A DNA stretch of 64,000 nt from the NCBI RefSeq assembly GCF_000142905.1, contig NW_013657647.1, positions 124,001-188,000 on the forward strand. Reading direction: 5' to 3'. The DNA is from Thecamonas trahens ATCC 50062 (taxonomy: Eukaryota; Protista; Apusomonadida). Below, one piece after another: positions 41,955-53,695 of the stretch. Position 1 is the first letter of the stretch, and every line of letters begins with the position of its first letter. The notes beneath the pieces were generated by a model. The model had not been told where the DNA came from. It was given only the letters and a program-made list of their open reading frames with translations, and searched no databases. Both the position numbers and the translations under genes were made by a program.

Positions 41955-42363
41955 CTTGGTCAGCCGACAGTACGCCTGACTGGGTATGTGGGTGGAGTGG
42001 GGTGGAGGGTGGGGCGTGAGGGACGGGGAGGGGGGGGGGGGGGGAGGACGAGGGAGCTCCGTGCCTGTGTCGCTGGTGCTGTCCCGCGACGAGCCGCGGG
42101 CGCTGGCATTCGGTCGGTCGCCGACTGATCTAGGGTGAGCCAGTCATCGTGGCGTGATTTGCTGTGCTTCCGTCGCCAGCTGATCTGGGGCGCTTGCCCG
42201 TAAAGTCAGTCACGACAGGGGGTGGTTGCCAGCTGATCTGGGGTGAGGCAGTAGGTGGTGGCGAGAAGCTGATCGGAGCGAGGCGCGGCGCTCACGGCTC
42301 GCGATCACTACGCCCTTCAACACATGACAGACCTCGCCAGAAAAACCAACCTTGTTCATTCGA

Positions 42364-44019
42364 TTACACGACAGACATGGCGGCGGCCCTAAACTTGGCG
42401 TAGTTCGGCGAGCCCCAGCCGGTGACGAGGTCAAAGCCCTTGATTGCCTCCCATCCGTGGCAGAGTCCATCAGAGTTGCGGCCCGAGGTAATGTCATGGA
42501 ACGCATCGCCATGCGCGTAGACAATGGGCGGGAGGAAGCCCAGCGGCGGAGTGCCAGCGGCGAGGCGGTCGCCGTTGACAAGCGCAAAGATGGCGGCGGC
42601 CATCGGCGCCGAGCAGCTCGTCCCGGCCACGCCCTGGTTCTCGCCGTTGACCACAATGATGACGTTCTCACCGTACGCCGAGATGTCCGGAATTGCCCGC
42701 TTAGTCGCGTCAAACTCGTGCGCCGGTGGCTTGGACGGCACCGCCGCCAGATACGCCTTGACCGCCGCCTCCTGCCACTGCGGCATCGGCTCGGTTCGTC
42801 CAAACCCACCACCCGAGAGCGTCGCGCCGACCTCGGTTCCCGACGAGTCAAGGTACGTCGCACCGACAGAGAGCACATACGGCGATGACGCCGGGTACTG
42901 CACATCCTCGCGGAAGAGCTCGCAGCTCGTCCCGTGGTCGCCCGACGAGAAAATGATGCTCACGCCGCGCGAGCCAAGCTTGACAAACTCGGCGTCGATC
43001 TGCGTCTTCAGGCCATCAGGCGTGTTGGTGTTGCCCAACCCGTATGAGACCGAGTTGACCAGCGGCGGCGCTGCCATGGCAGCAAGCTCGCTCGCCCACC
43101 CGTGGATGAGCTCCGCAAAAGTCGAGCCCTGCGTCCCGTACACAAACCACGTCGGTGTCGCAGTCCCAGTCCCGATGATCGTCTGGACGTCCAGCGACGC
43201 CTCCACGCCCACCGGCCCATCATCGCCGCCCACAATCTTGGCCACGGTCTGCGGAGGCAGGTCGTTGTTCGCAAGGAATGTCGCAAGATCCGACGGCTCA
43301 AAGTACTGACCCGAAAATTCGGCCACAGCCTGCGTGTTGTTGGCGTGCCCGGTTGCGTTGCCCACCCCGTAGTTGGCCTTGATCACCTTGGGGGTGATCG
43401 GCTCGGCGGCACGGAGCGCCCCGAGCTCGAGCACCTTGAGGTCCGACCCACCGAGCGCCACATCCTCAACGCCAATGGCAAAGACCAGTGCCTTGCGTGC
43501 GGCGGCAGCCACTCCCGGCCACGTCGCAGCCTCCAACGGGCGCATCATGATCACGCCGGCCTCTTTGTGGGTGAGGACCGCAAACGCCGCGCCAGTCAGC
43601 GCCTCGGCCTCAGCCACGGTCATCGTCGCCGTAACTGCATCACCGTAGTCTGAGACTACCGCGCTCGCGCCAGGCGCCGCCGCAGTCACCGCCGCCTGCC
43701 AGCTATCGATGACGGCCTGCTCCACCCGGGTGTAGCTCGCCACCTCCTCCTTGGTCAAGTACTGCCCATAGCTCGGCGAATACGGATCCGAAACCTTGGC
43801 CAGCACCTCCTTCAGCTCATCCAGCCGCGGAGCTGCCAGCAACAATCGGATCTCCACCATGCGATCGCCCTCTTCGCCCGTCCGCGCCCTCGCCACAAAC
43901 CCAGCCGTCTCCACCTGCGCCACGCTCACAGCCTCAGCTCCCACAGCCGCCAGCACAACCACCACAGCCACAGCCACAGCCACAGCCGCACTCTTTGTCG
44001 TCGTCCACGCACCGCTCAT
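42364..44019 (-). CDS. Tripeptidyl-peptidase I / sedolisin (peptidase S53) precursor
   Basis: Signal peptide; prodomain VSDPYSPSYGQYLT; catalytic EASLD, SSGDHG and GTSCSAP; Ca-binding GFDLVTGWGSPN. Confidence 0.95.
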   Translation of the reverse strand: MSGAWTTTKSAAVAVAVAVVVVLAAVGAEAVSVAQVETAGFVARARTGEEGDRMVEIRLLLAAPRLDELKEVLAKVSDPYSPSYGQYLTKEEVASYTRVEQAVIDSWQAAVTAAAPGASAVVSDYGDAVTATMTVAEAEALTGAAFAVLTHKEAGVIMMRPLEAATWPGVAAAARKALVFAIGVEDVALGGSDLKVLELGALRAAEPITPKVIKANYGVGNATGHANNTQAVAEFSGQYFEPSDLATFLANNDLPPQTVAKIVGGDDGPVGVEASLDVQTIIGTGTATPTWFVYGTQGSTFAELIHGWASELAAMAAPPLVNSVSYGLGNTNTPDGLKTQIDAEFVKLGSRGVSIIFSSGDHGTSCELFREDVQYPASSPYVLSVGATYLDSSGTEVGATLSGGGFGRTEPMPQWQEAAVKAYLAAVPSKPPAHEFDATKRAIPDISAYGENVIIVVNGENQGVAGTSCSAPMAAAIFALVNGDRLAAGTPPLGFLPPIVYAHGDAFHDITSGRNSDGLCHGWEAIKGFDLVTGWGSPNYAKFRAAAMSVV

Positions 44020-44964
44020 CTCCGTTCGTTCTTGTCCGGTGAGTCAGGTCTGTGTCGGTGACTGTGGGTGGTGGTGGTGGCCCTCGGTGGCGTACGTGAC
44101 ACGACTCGGTCGGCGCAAGCCGATGTAGTATTTTTTTTTGGCGACATCTGGCATAGACGGCTGTCCCATCCGGCGAAGAAGTCGTGTGGAGGTTGTGAAG
44201 GAGAGCTGGGTAGAGAGCGAAGNNNNNNNNNNNNNNNNNNNNNNNNNNNNNNNNNNNNNNNNNNNNNNNNNNNNNNNNNNNNNNNNNNNNNNNNNNNNNN
44301 NNNNNNNNNNNNNNNNNNNNNNNNNNNNNNNNNNNNNNNNNNNNNNNNNNNNNNNNNNNNNNNNNNNNNNNNNNNNNNNNNNNNNNNNNNNNNNNNNNNN
44401 NNNNNNNNNNNNNNNNNNNNNNNNNNNNNNNNNNNNNNNNNNNNNNNNNNNNNNNNNNNNNNNNNNNNNNNNNNNNNNNNNNNNNNNNNNNNNNNNNNNN
44501 NNNNNNNNNNNNNNNNNNNNNNNNNNNNNNNNNNNNNNNNNNNNNNNNNNNNNNNNNNNNNNNNNNNNNNNNNNNNNNNNNNNNNNNNNNNNNNNNNNNN
44601 NNNNNNNNNNNNNNNNNNNNNNNNNNNNNNNNNNNNNNNNNNNNNNNNNNNNNNNNNNNNNNNNNNNNNNNNNNNNNNNNNNNNNNNNNNGAAGATGAAG
44701 AAGAAAAAAAGTCAGCCATGTATTTCATCCAGGGAATAAAAAAAAACGCCACCATCAGCAAACGGTGCATGTTTGAAGCCACGTGGAAGACAGCAACAGT
44801 TGTTGCCGTTCGCCAACTTGCCGACCAACGACACGACGACAAGCTGTAGCGGGAAAGGGGAGAGCACCTCACTCTCTTGCGAGTTGAGAGGGTACCACAC
44901 ATACACAAGAGAGTCAAAAGAGAGAGATAGACAGAGACAGAGAGAGTGTGGGTGTGCTGCGCCC

Positions 44965-47900
44965 ATGTCAGCACCACCGCCGCCTCCGTCACGGACGGCG
45001 CGAGCCATGGAACGAGCCACTGCTTTGGCAAGGACGTCGGTGGCCGACCCGACGAGCATGATGACCTCCGCCATGTCGACGTCTGCTACTTCTGCATCTA
45101 CGGGAACGTCTACTTCTGTTGTCCTTGGTGGTGATGGCTCTGGGCATATGACCGAGCCAAGGAGGCAGCCAGCCGCTCTTGATGCTGCTGCGACGGTAGA
45201 GTCGGACGAATCGCCGGCTGCAAGCCAACAGACATGCCCAGTCGATGAGCCGGTCGGTCATCTTGTGCTACCAGGCGGGAACAGTGTCGAGTCGATGAAC
45301 ACGTCGTCATCGTCGTCTTATTTGGCGTCATCAAGTTTGAGTGGCCCGCCAACACCCACTGTTCCGGAACAGGCTCCAGCGCGCACCGCCGACAACGACT
45401 CGTCGTACTGGACCGTGGAGAGCGCTGACGTCGGTGGGCTGGAGACAGGCGACAATGACGCGAGTGTGGCGGCTGGAGGCGAAATTGATGGTCTGGATGA
45501 GCTCGAGTTCTCATGCTCGCCGTTTGTTCCGCACAAGGCGTTGCACACCGCTGAGGCTAATCTCGGCCAAGCTGAGGCTGCGCTCTTCTCCGTCTCGCTT
45601 TCGCCGTCGCCGGCAGCACATCCGCAGTCTCGGCTGCAAGGCGAGCCCGAGCTGGAGCTACAGCCGCGCGATTTGTCGCCGCCACCGCTCCCGCCCGGCG
45701 ACAACGGGTCGTCGCCACCTGCTGCTGCCACTCGTCCGGCGGCAAATGTCGCTGGTGGTGCGTGTGACAACGCCGCTGTAGCATACGGCACCCTCGGTCA
45801 GATTGGCACCCTCGGGCCGAACGAGCTGTTTGGCGTCTCGTCGTCGGGTGAGGGCGACGGCGGGCGGGCCGGTACCTTTGGCCGCGGCACCGGTGGCGAG
45901 CGGTCGCAAACCCCGTTGGGCTCGGGCGCGTCAGCGGTAGCTCGGGCTGCTATGCTGCGCGGCGGCAGTAGGACACCGGCGGGCCGAACTGGGACCTTTG
46001 GCTCGCGCCCGCCCGCAGGCCGGACTGGAACCTTTGGCTCGCGCCCGAATGCCGCGTCGACGGCGGCCACGCCGCTCTCGCCGCAGGACCAGGCCCGCGC
46101 TAACGCGCTTGCACGCATTCGTGCAGAGAAGCAAGCCAAGGCGCTATCGCCGGGTGCCTCGCCGGGTGCCTCGCCGGGTGTCTCACCGGGTGCCTCGCCG
46201 CCGATCTCGCCACGGCCGACGCCTGTGACGGCTGCTGGAGGGACGCGGCCGGCGCTGACGGCTGCACTGACAGTACTCGAGGACCGCGAGAAAATGCTCA
46301 ACCAGCTGCAGGCGGTGCACGAGGCACTGGTCCGCGAAAAAGTCTTTGCGCGCGAGATGGAGCTCCTTGTCGACGGCTTTGGGCGGAAGCTCGGCGGGCA
46401 TGGCATGCTGACGCCCAAGGAGCACATGCTTGTGTTCTCGATGTTTGAGCCGATTCTGGCGTTGGCGCGAAGCCTTGTCGATGTGCTGATGAAGTACAGG
46501 TCGTCGCCGGAAGGAGTCGAAGAGTTTGGCGCGCAACTGGCGGCGAACCTGTCGATGGCGTACCGGTCGTACGTGACCTCGCACATCAAGGCGATTGCCA
46601 CGCTCATGTCGAGGTGTGAGGAGCACGAGACGCTCTCGGCGCGAGTCGAGCACCTCGAGGACTCGCTCGGGGCCTTTCTCGTTATTCTTCTTGTGCGGCC
46701 GGTCCAGCACCTGCGGCGGTATCCGCACATGGTGCGAAACCTGATTCGGGCGGGTGGCGACGGGCCAGCCACGGCCGGCCTCCGGACTGCGCTTGACTCT
46801 GTCCAGCAGACGCTGGGCGTTTTTGAGGAGTCAATCAAGCGGGCCAATGCGCGGCTGAAGCTCGAGTCGGTGGCCGCGGTCATTGACGCATCTGATGCAC
46901 TCAATCTCGTCTCGCCGCTGCGTCGCTTTGTTCGCGCCGGCTTTATGCGCAAGTTTAACCGCGGGCGGGCGCAGAAGCGGCACTTTTTCCTTTTCAACGA
47001 CCTCCTCGTCTACTGCAAGGCCAAGCTCAAGGCCGGCAAATGGGTGTGCCAGGGCTCGATCCCGCTCGCCGAAGCCGTGGTCGCCGACGTGCCGCCGAGC
47101 AAGCGGCCGTCGACCCACTTTTACCTCACGCGCATCGGCGGCAAGCGGTACGAGCTCGACGCCGCCTCGTCGCTGGAGAAGAAGCTGTGGATGGATGCGC
47201 TCAAGAAGTGCATCAAGGACGCAGAGTCGTCAGTTGTTCAGCAGTACGAGTACGAGACCGGGAGCGGATTCAGCCGTGACGAGTCAACAGGCTCGATCCA
47301 CGCCGACGCCTCGGCAGCAGCCTCGGGCGCGCCAAACGCCACTGTGGGCACGGGTTCGGCGCCAGTCCTTGTCTCGCCGCGCGGCGGTGATGACGACGAC
47401 GACGACGAAGTCGATCCCGAGCCCGAGCCCGAGCCTGAGGCTGGACCATTGCCGCTGGTTGGGGAGTTTGCGACTGCTGCGACGACCGCGCCCGACTCGC
47501 GTGACCTGGACGCAATGATCCAGGCCGAGGTCGAATTCCAGATGACCAAGCTTGACGCGACCGATGTGCGGACGTGGGCGGCGGTGGATGTAGGTGTGTG
47601 GCTCGATCACATCGGATGCGGTGAGTTTTCGGATGCGTTTGTGGAAAAGGGCGTGGACGGGACAGCGCTCGGTGTGCTTGACGAGGATATTGTGCGGCTG
47701 CTCGGGGTGGAGGACGAGGCACAGGTTGATGCTATTCTCTCTTACTCGGCATCGATGACCGGGCGGTCTCCTTCGATCCTCAAGCTGACATCATCGCAGT
47801 CGCGGTCGTCGCTGATGCTGAAGCTCAAGCATGGACGCAACTCCATGTCGACGTCGGCCGGCGAGGCGGCGCTCCTGCAGCGCAAGATGATGCAGTCGCG

Positions 47901-48183
47901 GCGGACGTCGGTCATTGACTCGCTTGGCACCGACGAGTTTGGTAAGCTCGACGCGGCACTCGCGGCTGCAGCGGCAGCGGCGGACGAGCCCGCATCGGAT
48001 GCACCATCGCCAATGCCGTCGTCCCGGGCCGCCGACTCGCCGTTGGCGCGCAACCACCAGGTCCGGCTCTCGTTCGCCTCGCTCGGCAACGTCGGCTCGA
48101 GCTCGCTCCGCGAGTCTGAGAACATCATGAAGCAGATCTTTGGCGACGATCTGGTACTGGTCGACCCGTGCGCTGGCTTCTGA
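44965..48183 (+). CDS. Rho guanine-nucleotide exchange factor-like protein (DH-PH) with a SAM domain
   Basis: ALVREKVF...LLVRPVQHLRRY (divergent DH); RRFVRAGFM..RHFFLFNDLLVYCK..EKKLWM (PH); WAAVDVGVWLDHIGCGEFSDAFVEKGVDGTAL (SAM). Confidence 0.85.
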   Translation: MSAPPPPPSRTARAMERATALARTSVADPTSMMTSAMSTSATSASTGTSTSVVLGGDGSGHMTEPRRQPAALDAAATVESDESPAASQQTCPVDEPVGHLVLPGGNSVESMNTSSSSSYLASSSLSGPPTPTVPEQAPARTADNDSSYWTVESADVGGLETGDNDASVAAGGEIDGLDELEFSCSPFVPHKALHTAEANLGQAEAALFSVSLSPSPAAHPQSRLQGEPELELQPRDLSPPPLPPGDNGSSPPAAATRPAANVAGGACDNAAVAYGTLGQIGTLGPNELFGVSSSGEGDGGRAGTFGRGTGGERSQTPLGSGASAVARAAMLRGGSRTPAGRTGTFGSRPPAGRTGTFGSRPNAASTAATPLSPQDQARANALARIRAEKQAKALSPGASPGASPGVSPGASPPISPRPTPVTAAGGTRPALTAALTVLEDREKMLNQLQAVHEALVREKVFAREMELLVDGFGRKLGGHGMLTPKEHMLVFSMFEPILALARSLVDVLMKYRSSPEGVEEFGAQLAANLSMAYRSYVTSHIKAIATLMSRCEEHETLSARVEHLEDSLGAFLVILLVRPVQHLRRYPHMVRNLIRAGGDGPATAGLRTALDSVQQTLGVFEESIKRANARLKLESVAAVIDASDALNLVSPLRRFVRAGFMRKFNRGRAQKRHFFLFNDLLVYCKAKLKAGKWVCQGSIPLAEAVVADVPPSKRPSTHFYLTRIGGKRYELDAASSLEKKLWMDALKKCIKDAESSVVQQYEYETGSGFSRDESTGSIHADASAAASGAPNATVGTGSAPVLVSPRGGDDDDDDEVDPEPEPEPEAGPLPLVGEFATAATTAPDSRDLDAMIQAEVEFQMTKLDATDVRTWAAVDVGVWLDHIGCGEFSDAFVEKGVDGTALGVLDEDIVRLLGVEDEAQVDAILSYSASMTGRSPSILKLTSSQSRSSLMLKLKHGRNSMSTSAGEAALLQRKMMQSRRTSVIDSLGTDEFGKLDAALAAAAAAADEPASDAPSPMPSSRAADSPLARNHQVRLSFASLGNVGSSSLRESENIMKQIFGDDLVLVDPCAGF

Positions 48184-48257
48184 GACTACGTGCTCGAACA
48201 AGCCGGTGGCGGTGACGTTGATGTGGACCTGGCTAGCAGCTAGCCTCGTTCATTGGC

Positions 48258-48947
48258 TTACTCGCACTCAGTCACCTCTTCGACGTGCTGGCCGTGGAGG
48301 ACACGGGCAACAAGCAAGAGTGCAGTGTACCACACGACGATCGGTCGGACAGAGCCGGGGAGCGGGGGGCGAGAGAGGCCGAGCTTGGTACGCAGCTCAG
48401 CAAGATGCACGGCAAAGGTATCAGGAACAACATCGTTGCGGCGGGCCTTGGACTCGGCCCACGACGAGGCGAGCAGCATGTCCCACGCCGTGCCCTTGGC
48501 GGGAAGATGCGGCTCTGAAGCGCGATGCGGGAACATGACGTTGTCGATAAACAGCAGCCGCGGCATGACAACCTCCTTACGCCCAGCCGTGCCATCCACC
48601 AACGGAGCAGCAAGCAGCTCGAGCTCAGCCTGAGTAACATCAAGATACGCCAGGTGTGGACAGCCGTTCAGCAGTGACTTGACTCTCGACATAGAGGCAC
48701 GAACACGATCATGCAAGCAGCGAGTATCCTCTCCATCACCATCACTGTTCCCATCATCATCGCCATCATCATCATCGTCGTCGTCATAACTGTCATCATC
48801 ATCGTTCCCACGTGGCGGTGCCTCCCACAGATCGTCCAGCTCGTCGAGCTCGTCAATGTCGCCCATGGCCACAAACTCGTCCATTTGTGCAAGGACCAGG
48901 TGGGCAACACGCCCAATGGAGGCCTCGGCGAGGTTGGTTGCTGCCAT
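48258..48947 (-). CDS. Hypothetical protein with an Asp-rich tract
   Basis: ORF convergent with the RhoGEF gene, with coding-like codon usage. No recognisable domain. Confidence 0.4.
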   Translation of the reverse strand: MAATNLAEASIGRVAHLVLAQMDEFVAMGDIDELDELDDLWEAPPRGNDDDDSYDDDDDDDGDDDGNSDGDGEDTRCLHDRVRASMSRVKSLLNGCPHLAYLDVTQAELELLAAPLVDGTAGRKEVVMPRLLFIDNVMFPHRASEPHLPAKGTAWDMLLASSWAESKARRNDVVPDTFAVHLAELRTKLGLSRPPLPGSVRPIVVWYTALLLVARVLHGQHVEEVTECE

Positions 48948-49158
48948 GTTGAGTGAGTGGAGTGGGTGGGTGGGCGACCGGGGTGCGGTGGCCAAGCGTG
49001 GGGCTGCTGATACAAGGCCGATGGCGGGCATTCTGCAGCAGTTGATGCATGTGAGGGAAAGTGGGGAGGGATCAAGGGAGAAAGGGCAATTGCGATGGCT
49101 TGCAATCACGCCGGATGGGGGTTATATGACCAGGAAGATCATCATCGGTGCCTGTGCG

Positions 49159-49197
<39 letters not shown>

Positions 49198-49230
49198 CCG
49201 ACAAGCGGGTCGTGATGAGGAGAAGATGAC

Positions 49231-49500
49231 CACGATCATGGCCACTAATACCTGATCGATGGTCTGTGGCTGCGTCAGATGGCCACTGTGGGTCCAATCA
49301 CTGCCTCCTTCTGCCATGGCCACACCATGCCCCTCCTTCCCTCCACGCGTGCGTCCACGACTGTGACCATGCCCATGACCGAGATCACTACCACGATCAT
49401 GGCCACGAATACCTGATCGATGGTCTGTGGCTGCGTCAGATGGTCACTGTGGGTCCAATCACTGCCTCCTTCTTCTACCATGGCCACACCATGCCCCTCC
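49231..49500. repeat. Direct duplication of about 100 bp (copies at ~49231-49332 and ~49392-49500)
   Basis: cacgatcatggccac.aatacctgatcgatggtctgtggctgcgtcagatgg.cactgtgggtccaatcactgcctccttct... occurs twice. Confidence 0.9.
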
Positions 49501-49629
49501 CCGGACCTCTCTCCATCCACGCGTGCATGTCTGTCCAACGAGCAACAAGAGAGAGTGGCCACGGACCACCTCCTCCTCCTCCTCCTCCCCCACCCCCCAC
49601 CACTTGACTGTACACAGCCACAGTTGCCT

Positions 49630-52600
49630 ATGGCAGCAACAACTACACACCCGTCAGAGCAGCCATGGGTGGTCTTTTTGGCTATTGCAGGTAGGTGGTC
49701 TGAAGGGGCGGGAGGGGGGGGGGGGGGGGGGGGGGCGGGGGCACCCTTGTTTTTCAATAACCAGAATGGTGTTGTGTGGTGTGGGGGGGGGGGGGGGGGG
49801 GGGGGGGGGGGTATGGGCTGGTGGCATGGTGTTGGTATGGACTGGTGCTGATACTGTGGTGGGTGGGTGGGCACGGGCTGGTGGCATCGGTTGGTGCGCA
49901 TGACTTGATATCGTGGTATGGGCTGATACTGTGGTGGCTGTGGGCTGATGCCATGGTGGCTGTGGACTGATACTGTGGTGGCTGTGGACTGATACTGTGG
50001 TGGCTGTGGACTGATACTGTGGTGGCTGTGGACTGATGCCATGGTGGCTGTGGACTGATACTGTGGTGGCTGTGGACTGATACTGTGGTGGCTGTGGGCT
50101 GATACTGTGGTGGCTGTGGACTGATACTGTGGTGGCTGTGGACTGATACCATGGTGGCTGTGGACTGATACCGTGGTGGCTGTGGACTGATGGGGGTGCG
50201 CATGGGCTGGCGGGTGCGATGGTTGTCATCGGCGGACGGTGGAGGATAGAGTTTGATATTCTTAAGGGCAACACAATTGGGGCTCGCTGGCCACCGACGG
50301 CGTCGCTGGTGATTGACGATGAGGTGCTGGCATGTCTGTGCTTGCCGGACGGTGCTCATATTCACGAGGAGGACAAGACCATGTTCTTGATTCATCCGAC
50401 GCCTCCTGACTCTGCCGCTGCTCCGCTGCCGTCGGTTGTCCACTCGGTGCGGGTCTCGTCGCAGACGCCGCTCTTTGCCACCTCGGTCTTTATCAACATA
50501 GCTGACGAGAGCGTGGACCGCGGCGCCATCCAGCTGTCGATGGTGGCGGTGGCGCGATGCCCACTGTTTGCCGAGTTTGGTGGCATCCTGCGCCACGCGG
50601 TCGCGCTGGCTGCCGACCTGATGCGCGGCCGCGACGTCGGCCTTGACGGTATCCACTCACGCCAGGACGTGCTCGCCGCTGTCTACCGCGAGCTCAATCG
50701 TGCGCTGCAGCGCGAGCTTCAGGTCAGCGTGCTCGGCAAGACCTTCCATATCGGGACGTTGCTCGATGGAGGCAGCGCGAGTGGCAACTCGCTGCCTCTC
50801 AGCACGGCTTCCAGGGAGTCAAATGCCGAGCCCGTCCATCTCGACGAGACGCTGAGCGCCATCGCAGCGTCGGCAGACGGTGGCTCGGCGCCTGCGACGC
50901 CCGAGCCCGAGTGGCCGGTCGCTTCGTACACAGGGATCTCGCTCTCGGCGCTAGTTCGCGCATTTGGTCCGGACACCATGGTCCTGTGGTACGCGCTCCT
51001 GCTCCGGCGGCGGGTGCTGTTTACGGGCCAGCCGGCGCAGGCGGTGTGCAATCTGGTCCTTGCGGCGCCGCTGCTGGTTGCACCGCTCGAGTCGCTTGCG
51101 TCGCGGCTTGCGCCGTATGTCTGTCTGCAGGATACAACGCCGCTGGATGTTGCCGGCGGCGTGTGCGGGTCGACCAACCTCCTGTTTGCTACCCGAGAAG
51201 AGTGGTACGACGTCCACGGCTCGCTAACAACCGGCTCGGTTGCATGCTCGTCAGCGTCGAGCCTCAGCGCCATCAAGCCGGGCTCAGGCGATCGCAAGTT
51301 CATCAAGAACGTCCTCGCCGGCCTCTCCGAGTCGCGGTCCGAGGCCTGGATCCGAGTCCAGTTTGCAAATCACACCCGTGCGTTCCTGGCAGGCGTCGAG
51401 GCCGACACTCTCCGTGGAACGCAAGCCAAGTATCTCTCGAGCTTTGTCTCAGATGAGCTGTATCGGGCGTACCTGGTGCAGGAGGCCCGCCGGGCAGCGG
51501 TGGCCGAAGCAAACGGCAGCGCAAGCGAGGCGGCGGTGTCCGTGGCTGACATTCGGGCGCTGGTGGCAACGCTGGCCAAAGGCGATGCCGACGTGGCACC
51601 CGTCCGACTGCAGCACATGCTGTTTGAGCTCGACAAAGTGCTCTCGGACGTGCTGCACCTCGAGGAAGTGGTGCGGCTCGGCGGCGTGTCTGCCGTCACC
51701 CCGTTCCTTTCTCACGGCTCGGCGCAGGTGCGCAAGTACGCGGTCTCGGTCCTAGGCAAGCTTGCGGTCTCACTGCCTGGTCAGCTTGCGTTGCTGCAGC
51801 TTGACGCCGTGGGCGACGTCCTTGCGCTTGTCGACGACTCGCGGGCCAACGTGGCGGACGCGGCGGCCAAGTGCGTGCTGCGGATGGCGCAACTGTTTGT
51901 GGGCGCGCAAGCTCTTGTCCGCGCCTCGACGCTTGACATCTGCACCCGCCTAGTGCTCGCCAAGAAGACGCCGCTGACGGTGCGGACGTCGGCAGCGCGG
52001 GTCCTGCTCGAGATCTACGAGCAGGTGCCTGGCGTGCCGGTGCCTGCGGAGGAAGTCATCAAGGCATTCCACTTGCAGCTCTACCTCGAGTCGCCGGAGC
52101 TCAAGGTTGCGCTCTACCTGCTGCTAGATATGTGGGGCGCGTCGCTGCCGGCGTTGCCATGGACCGAGCGAGTCAACCGGTTCCTCAACGCGCTGTGTGT
52201 CGAGGATCAGCTGACAAGGACGGATGCCTCGTGCCACATCCTGGCGCAGCTCGGCGAGAGGCGCGAGCTCGCGCTCGAGTTTGTGGCACGCGGCGGCATC
52301 GAAGTTGTGCTCCAGAACCTGCGTCCTGTCGTCAACATTGACATTCTTGTCACCGCCTCGTTTTGCCTCCTCACCCGGCTGGCAGCGACCGCCCTTGGGC
52401 GCCGCCGCATGCTGCACCTGCTCATTGTGCCCAAGGCGACGACCGCCCTTGGCGAGGTCAATCCCGCCCTCGCCTTTGTCGCCGCCGAACTGCTGGAAAC
52501 GCTCTCGCAGTTTGAGGAGACTGCCGAACTCGTGGTAGCCGATGGCGGGCTAGAGGCGCTCGCTGCCGCTGTTGTCCGCGCCCTCGCCGATCCGCACGTC

Positions 52601-52864
52601 CGCGCCCTCGCGCTTCCGGCCCTCACTGCGCTCCGCAACATCGCACTCTTTGTCCCGTCAGCTCACCCGCTGCTCGCGGAGCACACCGCCGGCCAGGGCT
52701 TTGAGCTCGGGCGTGCTGGCGACAACAAGCAACTCGACGCCCAGGTCAGCGACATCCTTGCATCCGTCTGCGCCCTCGTCGACGCTGGGCCTACGCCAGC
52801 GCCCGACCTTCGGCGCAGCCTCGTCCGCCGTATCCTTCTCGACAAGGCCAAGACCGTCAACTGA
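49630..52864 (+). CDS. DENN-related (AVL9/Afi1/DENND11-like) GEF fused to armadillo repeats; exon 1 49630-49690, intron 49691-50249
   Basis: Spliced N-terminus WVVFLAIAEFDILKGNTI..CLPDGAH..ED (uDENN/longin); FGPDTMVLWYALLLRRRVLF (cDENN); ARM-like GGVSAVTPFL, GGIEVVL and GGLEAL repeats. Confidence 0.8.
49915..50190. repeat. Intronic 22-bp minisatellite (gctgtggactgatactgtggtg), about 12 copies
   Basis: Head-to-tail copies without spacers. Confidence 0.93.
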
Positions 52865-53582
52865 GCGAGCTCTTCGTCACATAAAGGACAGGCGGGCTAC
52901 GGATTGTCTGCTTTCATTCCAAGAGTGGGCAACGGGGCTTAGCCGCGGGCCACGCGGCCAACAAAGTGCATGATGAGGACGCTGGCCACAAAAATGGCGC
53001 AGCCCATGACGACAAACGCCGGTGTAACCTTGAACCCGTTCGAGTCGTCACCAGGGCGCGAGAACGAGTAGCCGGTGGAGCCGCCATCGCGGCGGCTGTG
53101 TTGTCGGAGAAGGCGAGGAAGGAGGGTGAGGTAGGGGGGGGGGGGGGGGGGAACAGGACATCAACAAGGAGGTGGACTGTCGGGCGAGGCAAACGTTGAT
53201 CACAACCAGCACCTGCGCCACGGTCACAGCCAGCGAGCGCGGGCCACAGTCACGGCCACAGTCACAGCCACAGTCACGGCCAAAGTCACGACCACAGTCG
53301 CAGCCACAGCCACAGCCAGCGCGGGCGGAAGCCAACGAGCACAAACCACAGCCAAACGAGACACCGATGCAGCCACAGGCACCGGCGACCTCCCCAGCAG
53401 GACCATGACCACCTTGTACACCTTGACAAATACCATAGATGCAGAGTATATAAGGATTATGTGTGACGGGCGTGTGCATGGCGGGCGTGTGCATGGCGGG
53501 CATGTGTATGGCGGGCGGGGGTGTGGCGGGCGGGGGTGTGGCAGGGCATGAACGTAGGTACGCATGTACGCATGAACGTATA

Positions 53583-53695
53583 TCCCGTATGTCCCGTATG
53601 TTCCGTATGTCCCGTATGTTCCGTATGTTCCGTATGTCCCGTATGTCCCGTATGTCCCGTATGTCCCGTATGTCCCGTATGTCCCGTATGTTCGC
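53583..53695. repeat. 9-bp tandem repeat (tcccgtatg / ttccgtatg), about 12 copies
   Basis: Directly visible. Confidence 0.9.

Noticed and set aside
49915-50190. 22-bp repeat array as a CRISPR array
   Set aside because: Units are head-to-tail with no unique spacers, there are no cas genes, and it lies inside a predicted eukaryotic intron.
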